Notes: generated from the letters alone by a model not told the origin. A stretch of DNA of 64,000 nucleotides from Botryllus schlosseri (GCA_051294905.1 CM119375.1:3844001-3908000), one strand, 5' to 3'; counted from the first letter of the stretch, positions 13,101 through 24,313 are shown. Made by a program: numbers and translations.

Positions 13101-16100
13101 ATCTTCGTTTCATGTTGGTCTTTTCTGCTGATCAGCGGTGCATCTTTATCACCAACAGGTTCAGTTCCTTGTTTTTCCTGAAGACCCTGCCTCGTTTTGT
13201 CTTGATTGGTGCGTACAGTTATTGAGACTTCTTCGAATTTCCGCTTCACCGGGTTCCATTTTCTTTTGGTGGCAGGTTTCGTAGAATCTTCCTTCTCTTG
13301 TTTGCGCGCATCTGCATTGGATGACGGAGCCTTTGCGGCCTCAATGTTTTCCTGTATCTTGTCGGTTGATATATCAGCAGATGGGAATTTGTCCTCATCG
13401 TTCTCGATTACTCTCGACTTTGATGATACAAGCACGATTTTCTCTTCAACTTCATCTGAGCATGCAGATCCACTCGCTGGAGATTTAATTGGTGCAGGCA
13501 GGCTCTCTGATAGTCGTTGAATCAATCTATTTTTTATTCCTGGATTTGGTTGCCTTCGCCTGGTAAGTGTGTTTCCTACGTTGACAGGAGCTATTTCCTC
13601 GTCGATATCATGTACTGATACACTGATATCTGCAGTACCCTGCCGTTCCTTCGCTGGTATATCAGGTTTTGAATCCGGATTTAGCATCTTTTCAGATTCT
13701 ACAGTTTTGGACTGCATGATAGTCGACTCCTGTTTATCTTCCTGTATATTTTGCATGCCATCCACAGCAGATTTCGGCAAGGCAGTGCATGCAAAAGACG
13801 CATCCTTACTTTGTGTGCTTTCCTCTGTAACGCTCTCGATTGTTTTATCTTCTCTCGTTACCTGAGGTTTCTTATCGTCCTTTGATAATTTGGATCGAGG
13901 CTTTGGAGATGGTTTGTTATTAGAAGATTGGGTATCTTCAAGAACAATATCTTCAAAGCACTTTTTCGAAGGATTCCACCTCCTCTTCGTCTTTGATTTC
14001 GAATCCTTCGTCATAACATCCCCATCTCTTTTGGTTCTCTTAACCTCCTGGGATGCATTTTCGAACGAGATTTCAGTCGAAGATGCCAAAACAGTTGTTT
14101 GAGCAAGTTTGGCTGTAGCATCCTCCGATTTCAAGTAGATTTCCTTGTTAATCTGGTGCATTTTGCCAAGATCAGTTGGCACTGCCGCATCAGATTGGTG
14201 GGAAGGTGATTGCGCTGTTGGTGATTTGTCATCAATCCTTGACTGTTGGTAATCTGACCGGGAAGTCTGTGTTGACGAGGTTTCAGTATCATCCTTAGTT
14301 TGCACAAGCGACGTGGGTACCAGTTTTCTTTCGACCCCTGTTGGAGTGGTCTGCGTTTGTCCGACATCTGTCTGTAGTGTGAGCGAACCAATATTTACGG
14401 TATCGGTTTGAGTATATGTAGTGTCCCTTTTATTGTCAGCTTGGGATTGTGCAGGCTGTGCGGATGATTCAGTTTGAACACGTACCGAGTTATCTCCAGT
14501 AGACGGGGTCGCGGTTTGCGAATGTGTGGCGCCTGTTACAATTCTTGATTTCGTTTGCGCAGAGGTAGTCGTACGGGGTATAGATTCGGTTTGAGTTGTA
14601 AAAGATTCCCGACTTTGGAAGGTCTGAACTTGGGTATGCCGTGCAGGTTTCGCAGGTTCGTACGTCTGCGTTTCCCTGACAGCAAGGTCCAAATCATCGG
14701 ACTGTATCATTGTTGAATTCATCGCCACGGGTTCAGTTTGCACATTGAAATCGCTTCCGCTCTGTTCTGTTTGATTGGACGCAGATGAAGATGCAATTTT
14801 CTGAGTATCGGTTTGAGTGCTTTCTGTCGAGATTTCGTGCCTCGTTTGGGTGTCACTAGAGATCGATATATGCTTTTGAATGACATTCGAATCGCTGCTG
14901 CCGCGATCTTGCTTGGTTTCAGACGTCGGACGTGCACCATCGTACTCCAAATCATATGTTGTAGTATCTGGTCCGTACAGTAGCGATCTTCTATAAGTCG
15001 GCTGCGAAATGCCCGATAAAAAATCATCTGCTGATTCGTAAGAGACAGTAAGATCTTCTGGTACTGCAGTCTTGAGTTCAGCATGCCTATCTTTTCGAAG
15101 CTGAAATTGTAACACGACCGGCTCCGTAGCTACCGACTTACGATGCATTGCTAATTCGGTGACCGTTGGAGGAAAGACATCTGCATCTTCTACACTTGCG
15201 TCTTCCACGTCTTTAATTGGAGGTGGGCGATTAATTCCTGGTCGACTATCAAATACCAGAGAATACTTGCTGGTATCAGCTCCATAGAGAAGCGACCGTT
15301 TACGTTCTGTTTTCCTCATCGGCAAATCATTGAATTCATGAGCATACTCGATGGTTGTTTCAGATTCTTGTATTTCTTGAGCCCCCGTGACAACATCGGA
15401 ATGCCGATCGGTTCTGGTCGCAAACTTTTGCACCTTTGTATCATAAGCGATTGATTTTCGTGGTTTTGCGACAGCCCTGGGGATCTCCTCAAGTTCATGT
15501 ACTGTCTCTAGATCTGAATCAACTTTCGTTAGAGTTGCTTCCTTCATGTTGAGCGTCTGAATTGCGATCGTTTGACTAGCTCGCCAGGTTTGCGAATCTG
15601 CATCGGTGACATTGTCAGTTTGAGTTTCAAAGGTTTTCGTACGCAATACACTCGTCTGTTGCGACTGTACCAGGCTAATTTTTCTGGGCTCCGTTGTACT
15701 TGTGGAACGTCTTTGTGACGTCTGAACGGAAAAGATGTCTACGGATTTCTGATCGCGATCGATATGAGTTTGAGTCGAAACGTATCTGGTATCTGCTGGA
15801 ATTGTTTGAGTAACAGCAAATGATTCCAATTCTCCAGTCTGCGTTTCCATTTCTGATTCAGGCACATTTTCCCTTGCAGTGTTTACAGACACCGTGCTAC
15901 CGTAGCTGTCTGTTTGTGTGTCGACGCCTTTTTGTACAACTGAATCTGAGATTGTAAAAGAAGATTTCTTCTTAGCCAATGTCGTTTGAGTTATTCTGCT
16001 AAAATTCCTCTCTTGTGACGTTGTTTGGGTTTGCGCAAAGCTCCCAATAACAGTCTGCGTACTAGAACCATTATCAGCCCGGCTTGGTTTGCGAGTCTGT

Positions 16101-17712
16101 GTGCTTGTAACAGACTTGTTCATGGATTCAGTTTGAGTATCACCATGATATGTATCAGGTCCCTTAGTTTCCGTGCTGGCATCTGAGAGGATACGTGAAT
16201 CATGTGTGTCAGCACCATAAACATTCGTTATTGATCGCCTTGCTAACAGAGATTGGGTGTCAGCGCGACGAGACGGCCTTTCAGCCAGTGTCGTGATGTC
16301 TTTCAGTTCGCCTGTTACTAAATCAAGTGTCTGCGTGCCAGACACCGCCTTGCTATCTTTGGTTTGAGTATATCCGACTAGTGTTAACTTTTTGATAGTT
16401 TGAGACGAAGCCATGCTTTTCTGCATCTCAGTTTGTCCGAGAAAATCCGAACTGACCGGTGCTCCGGTTTGAGTGCTATAAGATGGAGTAGACGCTCCAA
16501 CTGATTTATCTTGTCGCATTTCCGTTTGTGTCTCTGTTGCCAGCTGCGTGTCTATGGTCTGTGTAGGACCAGTGACACGAACAGGAACACGTTGGGAACG
16601 GGTCTGCGTTGATACAACCCTATCCGAAGATTCGGTCTGAGATGCCCCGGAAACTTTACGGGCATGCCTTGTCTGTATTTCGGTACTTGATGTAAATTTG
16701 CGAGTCTGAGATTCAGTATCAGATTTGTCAGAAACTACCGCTCCAGGAGCCCGTGTACTACCTTCCGAAGTAGTGCGACTAACTGTCTCATTAGTACGGA
16801 CTGTCTTCATTGGATTTAGATTCTTAGGCGTGCTGAGAGTAATTGTACGCTCAGAGAAGGTCTGCTGCTTGCCGGGAAGTTGCAGATAAGCCTCGCTTCT
16901 TTTCTTTTCGTCCATCAGATTATCTTCTGAAATCTCTCCAAGGTCTATATCTTCCGTACGGTGCGATTCCGCTTCAGATATATAATGTGGCTTCCCGTCA
17001 ACTGATTCCCCTTCGGACATATAAGAGGACTTTTCCGCGACTGTCTCCAATTCACCCTGTCCGGCCAGTTTCACTACTACTTCTGGGTACTTTCTTTTGT
17101 TTTTCACGTCCATGGTATACATCGAAATTCCTGATCTTTTGGATTCGGGTTTCTCCTTCCGTCGGTAAAGTTCTATAAATTTTCTTTTCGGTTGCGTCGA
17201 AATACCTTCCACAAAGAGTGGCGATGCCACGCCGTCCTCTCTGTCACTCAGGTCACTTCCAAAGTCAAAACAAGAGTCCGTATCTGATGTCAGTGCAGGA
17301 GATATCAATTGATAGTCATCAGTTTCTGAGAAAGATACCTTTTTGCGAAGTCGCAATTCTGTAGATACCGATCTCTGTGTAGTTCTTGAAAATGGAGATA
17401 TTGGTGCCTTCTCACTTATGCTACGGATTTGTCGTTTCGGACTACTCTTTCTTTTGGGCATTATAAAGCGCATGTTAATACCGCTTTTGCCCGGGGAAGG
17501 TGGCCGCATGACCAATTCCTTACTCTTTTGCGACATTTGAATCGGAGTTACAGTTCGCGCTGGGCTGGTCGCTGGAGATTTAGACCTGACTAGTCTAGTA
17601 GTTACGTGGCTTAGATGTCGTCTTTCTTGCACGGATACTTCGCGTGAGTGCTGCGCCTCGATCGCGTCGTGCTTCGCCTGGCGTGGATCTACCTGATACG
17701 AAGGATCTTGGC
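7147..17712 (-). CDS. TTN: Giant 10,566-nt titin exon: about 3,520 aa disordered S/T/D/E/K-rich segment
   Basis: ORF 7139..17632 extends to acceptor ccgcag| at 17712 and ends at donor A|GTGAGT at 7147; length divisible by 3; phase 1-1; no Ig or Fn3 signature. Confidence 0.9.
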
Positions 17713-18366
17713 CTGCGGTGGTTGTGGTAAGTGGAAGGCGAATAAGGGAGATGAGAGGTGAAGCAAGGGTATGAAATGAAGTGAAAGTTGTGATGAAAGA
17801 GAAAATAAAGATAGTTAGAATTGAAAAGTAAAAATTAAAGATATTACGAGAGTGAGAAAGTTGGGAATACCTATAACGTTAAAACCCATACCCATGTCTA
17901 CCCATACTCAAAGTATGGCAAGAATCGATATGAAGTTACGTAGGAATCGTTGGGTGACGTTTTTACAATGCTGCAAATCACTCAAGTGTTCTTCTGGCGA
18001 TATCACTGTCAAGAATCGTTAATGTGAGCTAAATAAATATACGTACTCTCCAGATATTTTATGTATTCAACAGTGTCGCAGCTAAATGGCATTGGATAAA
18101 TCCAGCACTGTGGCCGCTGCTACTGTAAATACTATGGTATACGATGAAAGAAATGATCGATCACCAAAGAATAGAAACTTTTCAGGACTACAGTTGAATC
18201 ATGGAACACTGTACTGTCGAAATATATAATATATAATATGTGGATACTAGGCAGGTAAGGTAGACGTGAGCAGCGTCAAGAAGATTGTGTTGATCATAAA
18301 TATATAAACACATGATTGTGTGGATTATGATATATGATGGAATGATGTAAAGAAATCAATTTTCAC

Positions 18367-18679
18367 CTTCGACATTCAAAGAGGCCGAACAAGATACGCG
18401 GCCCAATTTATTCCAGGCTCGCACTTCGTACTGCCCTATATCACTATGTTTCACGTCAGTTATCACAATGCCACGGGTGTGACTGTGCATCTTCGTCCGG
18501 TAATAGAATTTGTATTTCGCCGAGCCCTGTTCCGGGCCGATCGGAGTCCCGTCCTTAAACCAAGCCACTTGCGGTTCCGGCATGGACGCCAGCCGAACTT
18601 GGAAATGCGCTTCCTCGCCTTCTTCCACAACGGTATTTTTACACGGTTCTGCTATCATGGGCGAGAATTCAGTCACCAC
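18367..18679 (-). CDS. TTN: Titin exon: Ig domain preceding the giant exon
   Basis: EFSPMIAEPCKNTVVEEGEEAHFQVRL..VAWFKDG..DIGQYEVRAWNKLGRVSCSASLNVE; phase 0-1. Confidence 0.9.
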
Positions 18680-18744
18680 CTGAACGTAATAGGATATATA
18701 TGAAAATACACTACCATGTAAGTCAGTTTTATCATTGTGTAAAT

Positions 18745-19160
18745 CAGGGGGTTCCAACCTTTTTTACACTGTGAGACTGAAAATTCTGACAAATCAATGC
18801 CCAACCCACCCTATATTTATCAACCTTTTGAGAAACTAAGAAACCTTATTTCAATTAAAAACGGGTTTATACAGTTACCGGTAGTTAGAATCATGAAATG
18901 ATATAAATCCAACACACAATACGCATGGTAGATTGCATATTTAGTTAATGCGATGATTGAGCTCGTTTTTTCTTTGGTTGCTGATCAATTGCTTAAGTCA
19001 GCTCAAGAGCAAGCAGTAGCCTATTGCCGTAAAGGTATATTCGTTGAATTTTTATTTATTTTTGTTGTTACAGCAAATTAGACTATGACAATTTTTCAAA
19101 GCCCGCCTGAAAAAGGCTCAGGGACCCTACGAGACGTGGACTCCAAGTTGGTAACTAATG
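18745..19160. mobile_element. Degenerate hAT-type MITE
   Basis: Left end CAGGGGGTTCCAACCTTTTT; decayed right end near 19140-19160. Confidence 0.4.
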
Positions 19161-19381
19161 TTATACATCATACAATTAGCGAAAGACAGTGTGGAATTTT
19201 AATTTTTATAAATAGACCTACCACGTAAGAGTTGAATCCTTGCAGTTTATAGCTACAACAAAGCAAATGATGACAATTCAAAACAGCGATACCAGATTAC
19301 ATCATAAAGCTGCCCCGTCGAATGAACCTGATACCGGACCGTGAAAAACGCACAATGGCAGAGGATTTAAAACAGACTTAC

Positions 19382-19491
19382 GTTCTTTTCTGGCACCGGT
19401 ACAGTAATCTCGTAAAATCCAGGATTTTTCTCCAATTGCATCTCTATCTGATTGAGGTACGTTTTCCGCTTATCATCCAATTGCGATTTTT
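19382..19491 (-). CDS. TTN: Titin short linker exon (exon-47-like)
   Basis: EKSQLDDKRKTYLNQIEMQLEKNPGFYEITVPVPEKN; GTAAGT donor; the only phase 1-0 candidate I found bridging 20245 and 18679. Confidence 0.7.
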
Positions 19492-20244
19492 CTGCATGAA
19501 GATCGTTCGTTACAGGCGAATCCGTATATATTTCACAGATCAATTGCAAATATTCAGCCAGGTGTAATGCTTTGTTTAATAAATGCGAGAAGTGATTTCC
19601 AAGCGTCATGCTTCAGCATTCAGATACATTCAGTAAAACGTCGCCAAGGCTGATAATGACCCCAAATATTCTTAATGTAGCATACAATACACAACGCCGT
19701 ATTAGTCCATATAAAATGCGTCCACTCACCAGGTATTCGATGAAACAGGATTTTCATACAAACAACACGAGAGTCCATCCAACATGCTTCACTATAGACA
19801 CATCATCCCAGGCGGTAATCCACAGATCACATGCAGACATCGTGCGCCATTCAGCGAGCAGTATGTCAATTTTCAAGGCGACATGCTACGCAATATTTAA
19901 TTTTCTTGCGATTTTAGAACGCGGAAAGGTACATCCGGTATTATCACGATTCAAAGTACTCGGGACAATACCACTGCATAACGTTGTTTCTAATATTAGT
20001 GCTGCATGTTTTTATGTTTTGTGAAAATCAATATGATCATAGTTTTCCCGGTAGATGCCTCGACACCATAACATGCAGGTTATATCTTCAGAACATTGAA
20101 ATATATTCAAAACATTTAATGATTAAAGCAGCCACCATAATACCAAGAGCCTAAGAGACTTTCCGAAGGAGGTAAAGATGAAAACAGCAAGCCCCATGCA
20201 TCGAACATCGATTGTTGATATGTATTAACATTTATATGACTCAC

Positions 20245-20377
20245 CAGACACAATTAGATCAGTGGAGCAAACGGCTTCTCCCGCAGAGTTTGAGCAGTAA
20301 CACCTAACTTCACCCGCGTCACTTCTTTGGCATTTGCCAATCACCAGCCAGCATCGTCCATTTTCTTCCATTTTGCA
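20245..20377 (-). CDS. TTN: Titin exon: C-half of post-I15 Ig
   Basis: CKMEENGRCWLVIGKCQRSDAGEVRCYCSNSAGEAVCSTDLIVS; GTGAGT donor; phase 0-1. Confidence 0.85.
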
Positions 20378-20544
20378 CTGTGGAACAGGGGATATAAAGA
20401 ATCAGTGACCAAGCTCGATGAAACATACGTCTAAATAATAAGCTCTAGATATCGAATGAAGCGGATGCACATTGTACTGTAGTCTGTTCTGAGTTCAGCA
20501 GGGGTGGGGCAGTATTTGGCAAGGATAGACTATATAATTCATAC

Positions 20545-20693
20545 CTGGTAATTTTGATCTTCCGTGACATCTCGGCCAGACAGGTACCATTTTACATCAA
20601 GTCCATCTCCGAGAATAATGCATTCAAACTCAACTGGACTTCCTTCAATAACGTGTGCTGGTTGCAGAGGTTCCATTACTTTGGGCGGTGCAA
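20545..20693 (-). CDS. TTN: Titin exon: N-half of post-I15 Ig (Novex-1/2-like position)
   Basis: APPKVMEPLQPAHVIEGSPVEFECIILGDGLDVKWYLSG..; phase 1-0; not in ORF track. Confidence 0.85.
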
Positions 20694-22011
20694 CTAGAAC
20701 GAGTATAACGCTTCAGTTTGTGAAATGACAAAATTTCGTTTCATTCACGTTATTTCATATTACAGTACATTACTTGCTAAATATGGCCTACATGAGAATT
20801 GAGCGGAAGGTAAGTTTCAAGTGTTGCTTTACACTAAACAACTTAGTATATGCAGGTAAAACATAGCAAAAGCATGAAAAAAATATCATAAAATGTACCT
20901 GATGGAAAGAGAATGTTGAAGATGGAGTTAAGGCAGAAATGAAGTTGAAGTATCCCAGAAATGGTGAATGAAGAAGGATAGTGGTAAGTTCGAATGAGTG
21001 ATTCACCATAGAGGAACGAATGAGACGCGGACCGACATTCGCACGCAAGCCAACCGTATAACGGAAATATAATGTCAAATGCAGCCGCACCTAACCGCCT
21101 ACCAAACGATATGAGAAGCATTCCATGATAGCATCGACATATCAATGCTTTTTTTGTAAAATGACATCAATAAATACTGCATCGAGACGGGACGCCCAAC
21201 CGCATCGTTAAATTAGGTAACTGTAAATACTAGTTTTATTGCGTTAGGCAATTCAAGTGCGAGTCAAATAATTTAGAGCCCAGAATTTCTGTTCAAGTGT
21301 CGTATATGTTTATCTAAGCTCATATCCTCATCGCCACCCGATTGGCGTCAGCTAAGTACCTTACAAGAAGACCCGAACGACAGCGGGCCGTGCTGGCAGT
21401 CGTCAGATCAGGAATCCTGATAAAATGACCAATGTATAATCGAATACCGTGACCACAACAATAACAACATCCTATCAAAATCATCGCCAGTCCTGCTTCA
21501 CTAAACTGATCTTAGTACATGGGACGCCAACAATACCTGACTGTTGTAAATTAGAAAGTGCCTAAAGTGACGTACGATATTATTAAAACGACAAGGCCAT
21601 ATAATAATTCATAGCAAATTTGTTCGTAGTTAGCTTGTGTTTATTTACGTGACAAGGTGAAATTGAACATGCGCAAACAATAATATATGCATATAGTTTG
21701 TATACGGATTCCATAATTCAAATAAATATATCTTCAGCCCTCATGCCTGGACAGGATTAAGACATAATTCATGCATATGACAAGCGTTGGCTTGTCTGCT
21801 GAAATCGACAACGGACAGTCTGAATTCATAACGTGTACACACCGTGCTCAAGCTCATGCCGCGGCTCAAAGGTCAAAGTCAATGACCCGCAATCCCAAAG
21901 TACGCTCCACGTCACATATAAACTTTGATCTATATCTGTTGCACACCGCGACGGCTGGATCGCCACTGGCCACATCGTCACCATCTTCGCCAAGGGTAGA
22001 TTGACCGATAC

Positions 22012-22440
22012 CTTCTGGCAGGTTTGATAAAGGTTCGGGACGTATCATTACAGACGCAATGCCGTTTTGGGCTCTTATTTCGCTAGTTTCGGATTGTACG
22101 AACTTGCTTTCTGACATTGTCATTGTCATGGAGGTTGATTGACCATCCATATCATCAACACACCAAGTCGGTATAGAAACGACACTACGCTCAATATCAG
22201 ATATTGATGACAAGGAATTTTGTGCGTTAAGACTCTCCCTATACGCTACTAACTTCCGTGGGTCCGACATTTTCCGTAAAAAATCACGCACCGGGACAGG
22301 GTCTACGACATCAAGCGTACTTTGGGATTCTAGCCGCGCTTGAGCGGTGTTTATACTAGCAAGAGTCGATGTGGCGTCCGATGTGACTTGTTGTTGGCCA
22401 GCAGCTACACAGCCGTCCACAGAGGCCGTGCTGAACTCAC
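22012..22440 (-). CDS. TTN: Probable alternative 3' extension of the I15 exon (unique S/T-rich sequence)
   Basis: Frame stays open for about 190 codons past the GTGAGT donor; candidate phase-1 donor GAAG|GTATCG at 22012/22011; stop at 21866. Confidence 0.6.
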
Positions 22441-22629
22441 TGTCAAGCCGCAGTTTAGCGCTACTAGACACTTCGCCTTTTGAGTTGCTGACAACAGCCT
22501 TGTAAACGCCAACATCTTCCGGGTAAGCTTCTGTGATTTCGAGCTGGTGTACTCCGTGGAATTGAGAGATTTTGAAATAGCGCGAGGGCCGGATGCGTTT
22601 GTTGTCGATAAACCAAGATACGGTGGCAT
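22441..22629 (-). CDS. TTN: Titin exon: C-part of Ig I15 (short donor form)
   Basis: DATVSWFIDNKRIRPSRYFKISQFHGVHQLEITEAYPEDVGVYKAVVSNSKGEVSSSAKLRLD; GTGAGT donor at 22440; phase 1-1. Confidence 0.92.
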
Positions 22630-23152
22630 CTGTGTCGCGGAAAAATTCAGAATGCGAGAGACAAGCAGAAAAGAGAGCAGAAGTCAAGTTTTATAGCAAA
22701 AGAGTTGGAAGCAGTCAGAAGGACTATAGCAATAACTTATTGCGAGACAACAGTCACGGAATCTACGAAATATCACTAAGCTACTCTCGTATAAGTGATA
22801 ACAACATTTCTATGAAAAGATCAATCTCCAACATTGTCTCAAAGTGCAATGATATAGTTACTATCGAAAAATACCAAATTGTATGTAATGTGATATGTAA
22901 CTGGCGTTATTGCCTTTGTGGGCGTATGAACGAAACATATTTCAACTTTTCGCATCATCCAGACCGTTATAACGTCACACTGAATGATACGTGAACACTC
23001 GACTCGAATTGAAACCAAATACGGTAATCAATTCAGAATCGAATCAATCGAGATAGATTTTGCTCAGCCGTGCCAACAATCAACTTTAATTCGGTCTTGA
23101 AAATGCTTTACTCGGTTCTAAATATCCTTGGTTTTATTGATGACACGCTTAC

Positions 23153-23278
23153 CGGTTCCGGCGACTTTACATTGGAATCTCGCGCTTTGTCCTTCTCTGG
23201 TAATGAAATCTTGAATGGGCTCCAGTATCTCCGGAGGAGCGAGGTCCGGTTGGTGAATGGCTGGCATTTTGTCTTTGT
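23153..23278 (-). CDS. TTN: Titin exon: linker and N-part of Ig I15
   Basis: KDKMPAIHQPDLAPPEILEPIQDFITREGQSARFQCKVAGT (a different frame from ORF-track 23108..23305); phase 1-1. Confidence 0.9.
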
Positions 23279-23897
23279 CTGGAACAACACCCACGTTTTG
23301 TTCATGTCAACATGAAATCATAATTAACCGTAGTGTAGACAGAGGTGCTCAGAGTCGTCAGAGTTGCTACTCAAGCGAAATTAAAAGTTATGCCGTAAAT
23401 TTATAGTCAGTAACAAGCAAAAGAAGCGATTTCCAATACATTCAAACACTAATTCAGGGGGAAGTAGAAAATGAACGTTAGAAGTACTCAATTAAGTAGT
23501 TTCAGAGTAGATTTGGTCGCGGGTCGCATTGGAGATAGCTTATTTTGAAACTGCAGGGTTAATATCTGCCATTGACTCAAAATGACTGATGTCACTACGA
23601 ACAGGAGCAGTTTTCGAAGATATGTTCAGATACTCTGAATAGGCTATTTCACCAGGTTTTTATGACAATTTCACTTGAAAAAGTGATGAAAGCCTATCCT
23701 CAAACTATCTTTTACTTTCTAAAATATACAGAGTGTAAAAGGTAGAGAAAGTATTTCGTTACTGGCCGCCTTTGCATATAGGCTTGTGCTATATAGAGAT
23801 AGTCATGTATCAGAGTCAAAACATTGCATAGCCTACGTGATAAGATGTAGAAAAGAAACAGGACCCATCCGTTTGCGGATACAGCTTATAAACTTAC

Positions 23898-24041
23898 TGT
23901 CGACTTCCAAATCAGCCGCACTCTTCAAGACTCCAAGTTCGTTGCGAGCTTCGCAAACGTATCTCCCAGCGTCCGATTCCTCCACTCCGATCACGACCAA
24001 GGTGTGCTGATCTTCGTCGTGCAGTACCTTGTATTTGAAAC
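23898..24041 (-). CDS. TTN: Titin exon: C-half of Ig I14
   Basis: FKYKVLHDEDQHTLVVIGVEESDAGRYVCEARNELG; GTAAGT donor; phase 1-1. Confidence 0.92.
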
Positions 24042-24172
24042 CTGAACGAATCAAACTTGAAACGTTAACCCCAGCAATAAAACACATGGTGAAAACATCA
24101 TATGAGAATATGACATGTAAAACAGCACATGACAAGTCTCTGCAATTGTCAAAAATGTAAACTTGTATATAC

Positions 24173-24313
24173 TTGGTTTGATTTCGATTCCTTCCCTGTA
24201 CCACTTGATGGTTGGATCAGGCCTTCCGCTGATTCGCACCGTGAAACGGGCCTGTTCGCCTGCTATTACTATGCAGTTGCGAAGTTCTTGAACAAATCGC
24301 GGAGGTTCGGGAG
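24173..24313 (-). CDS. TTN: Titin exon: N-half of Ig I14
   Basis: PEPPRFVQELRNCIVIAGEQARFTVRISGRPDPTIKWYREG; phase 1-1. Confidence 0.92.

Noticed and set aside
7152-17540. Many + strand and alternative-frame ORFs overlapping the giant exon
   Set aside because: Antisense or frame shadows of a long low-complexity coding exon; they repeat with the tandem units and have no independent signals.
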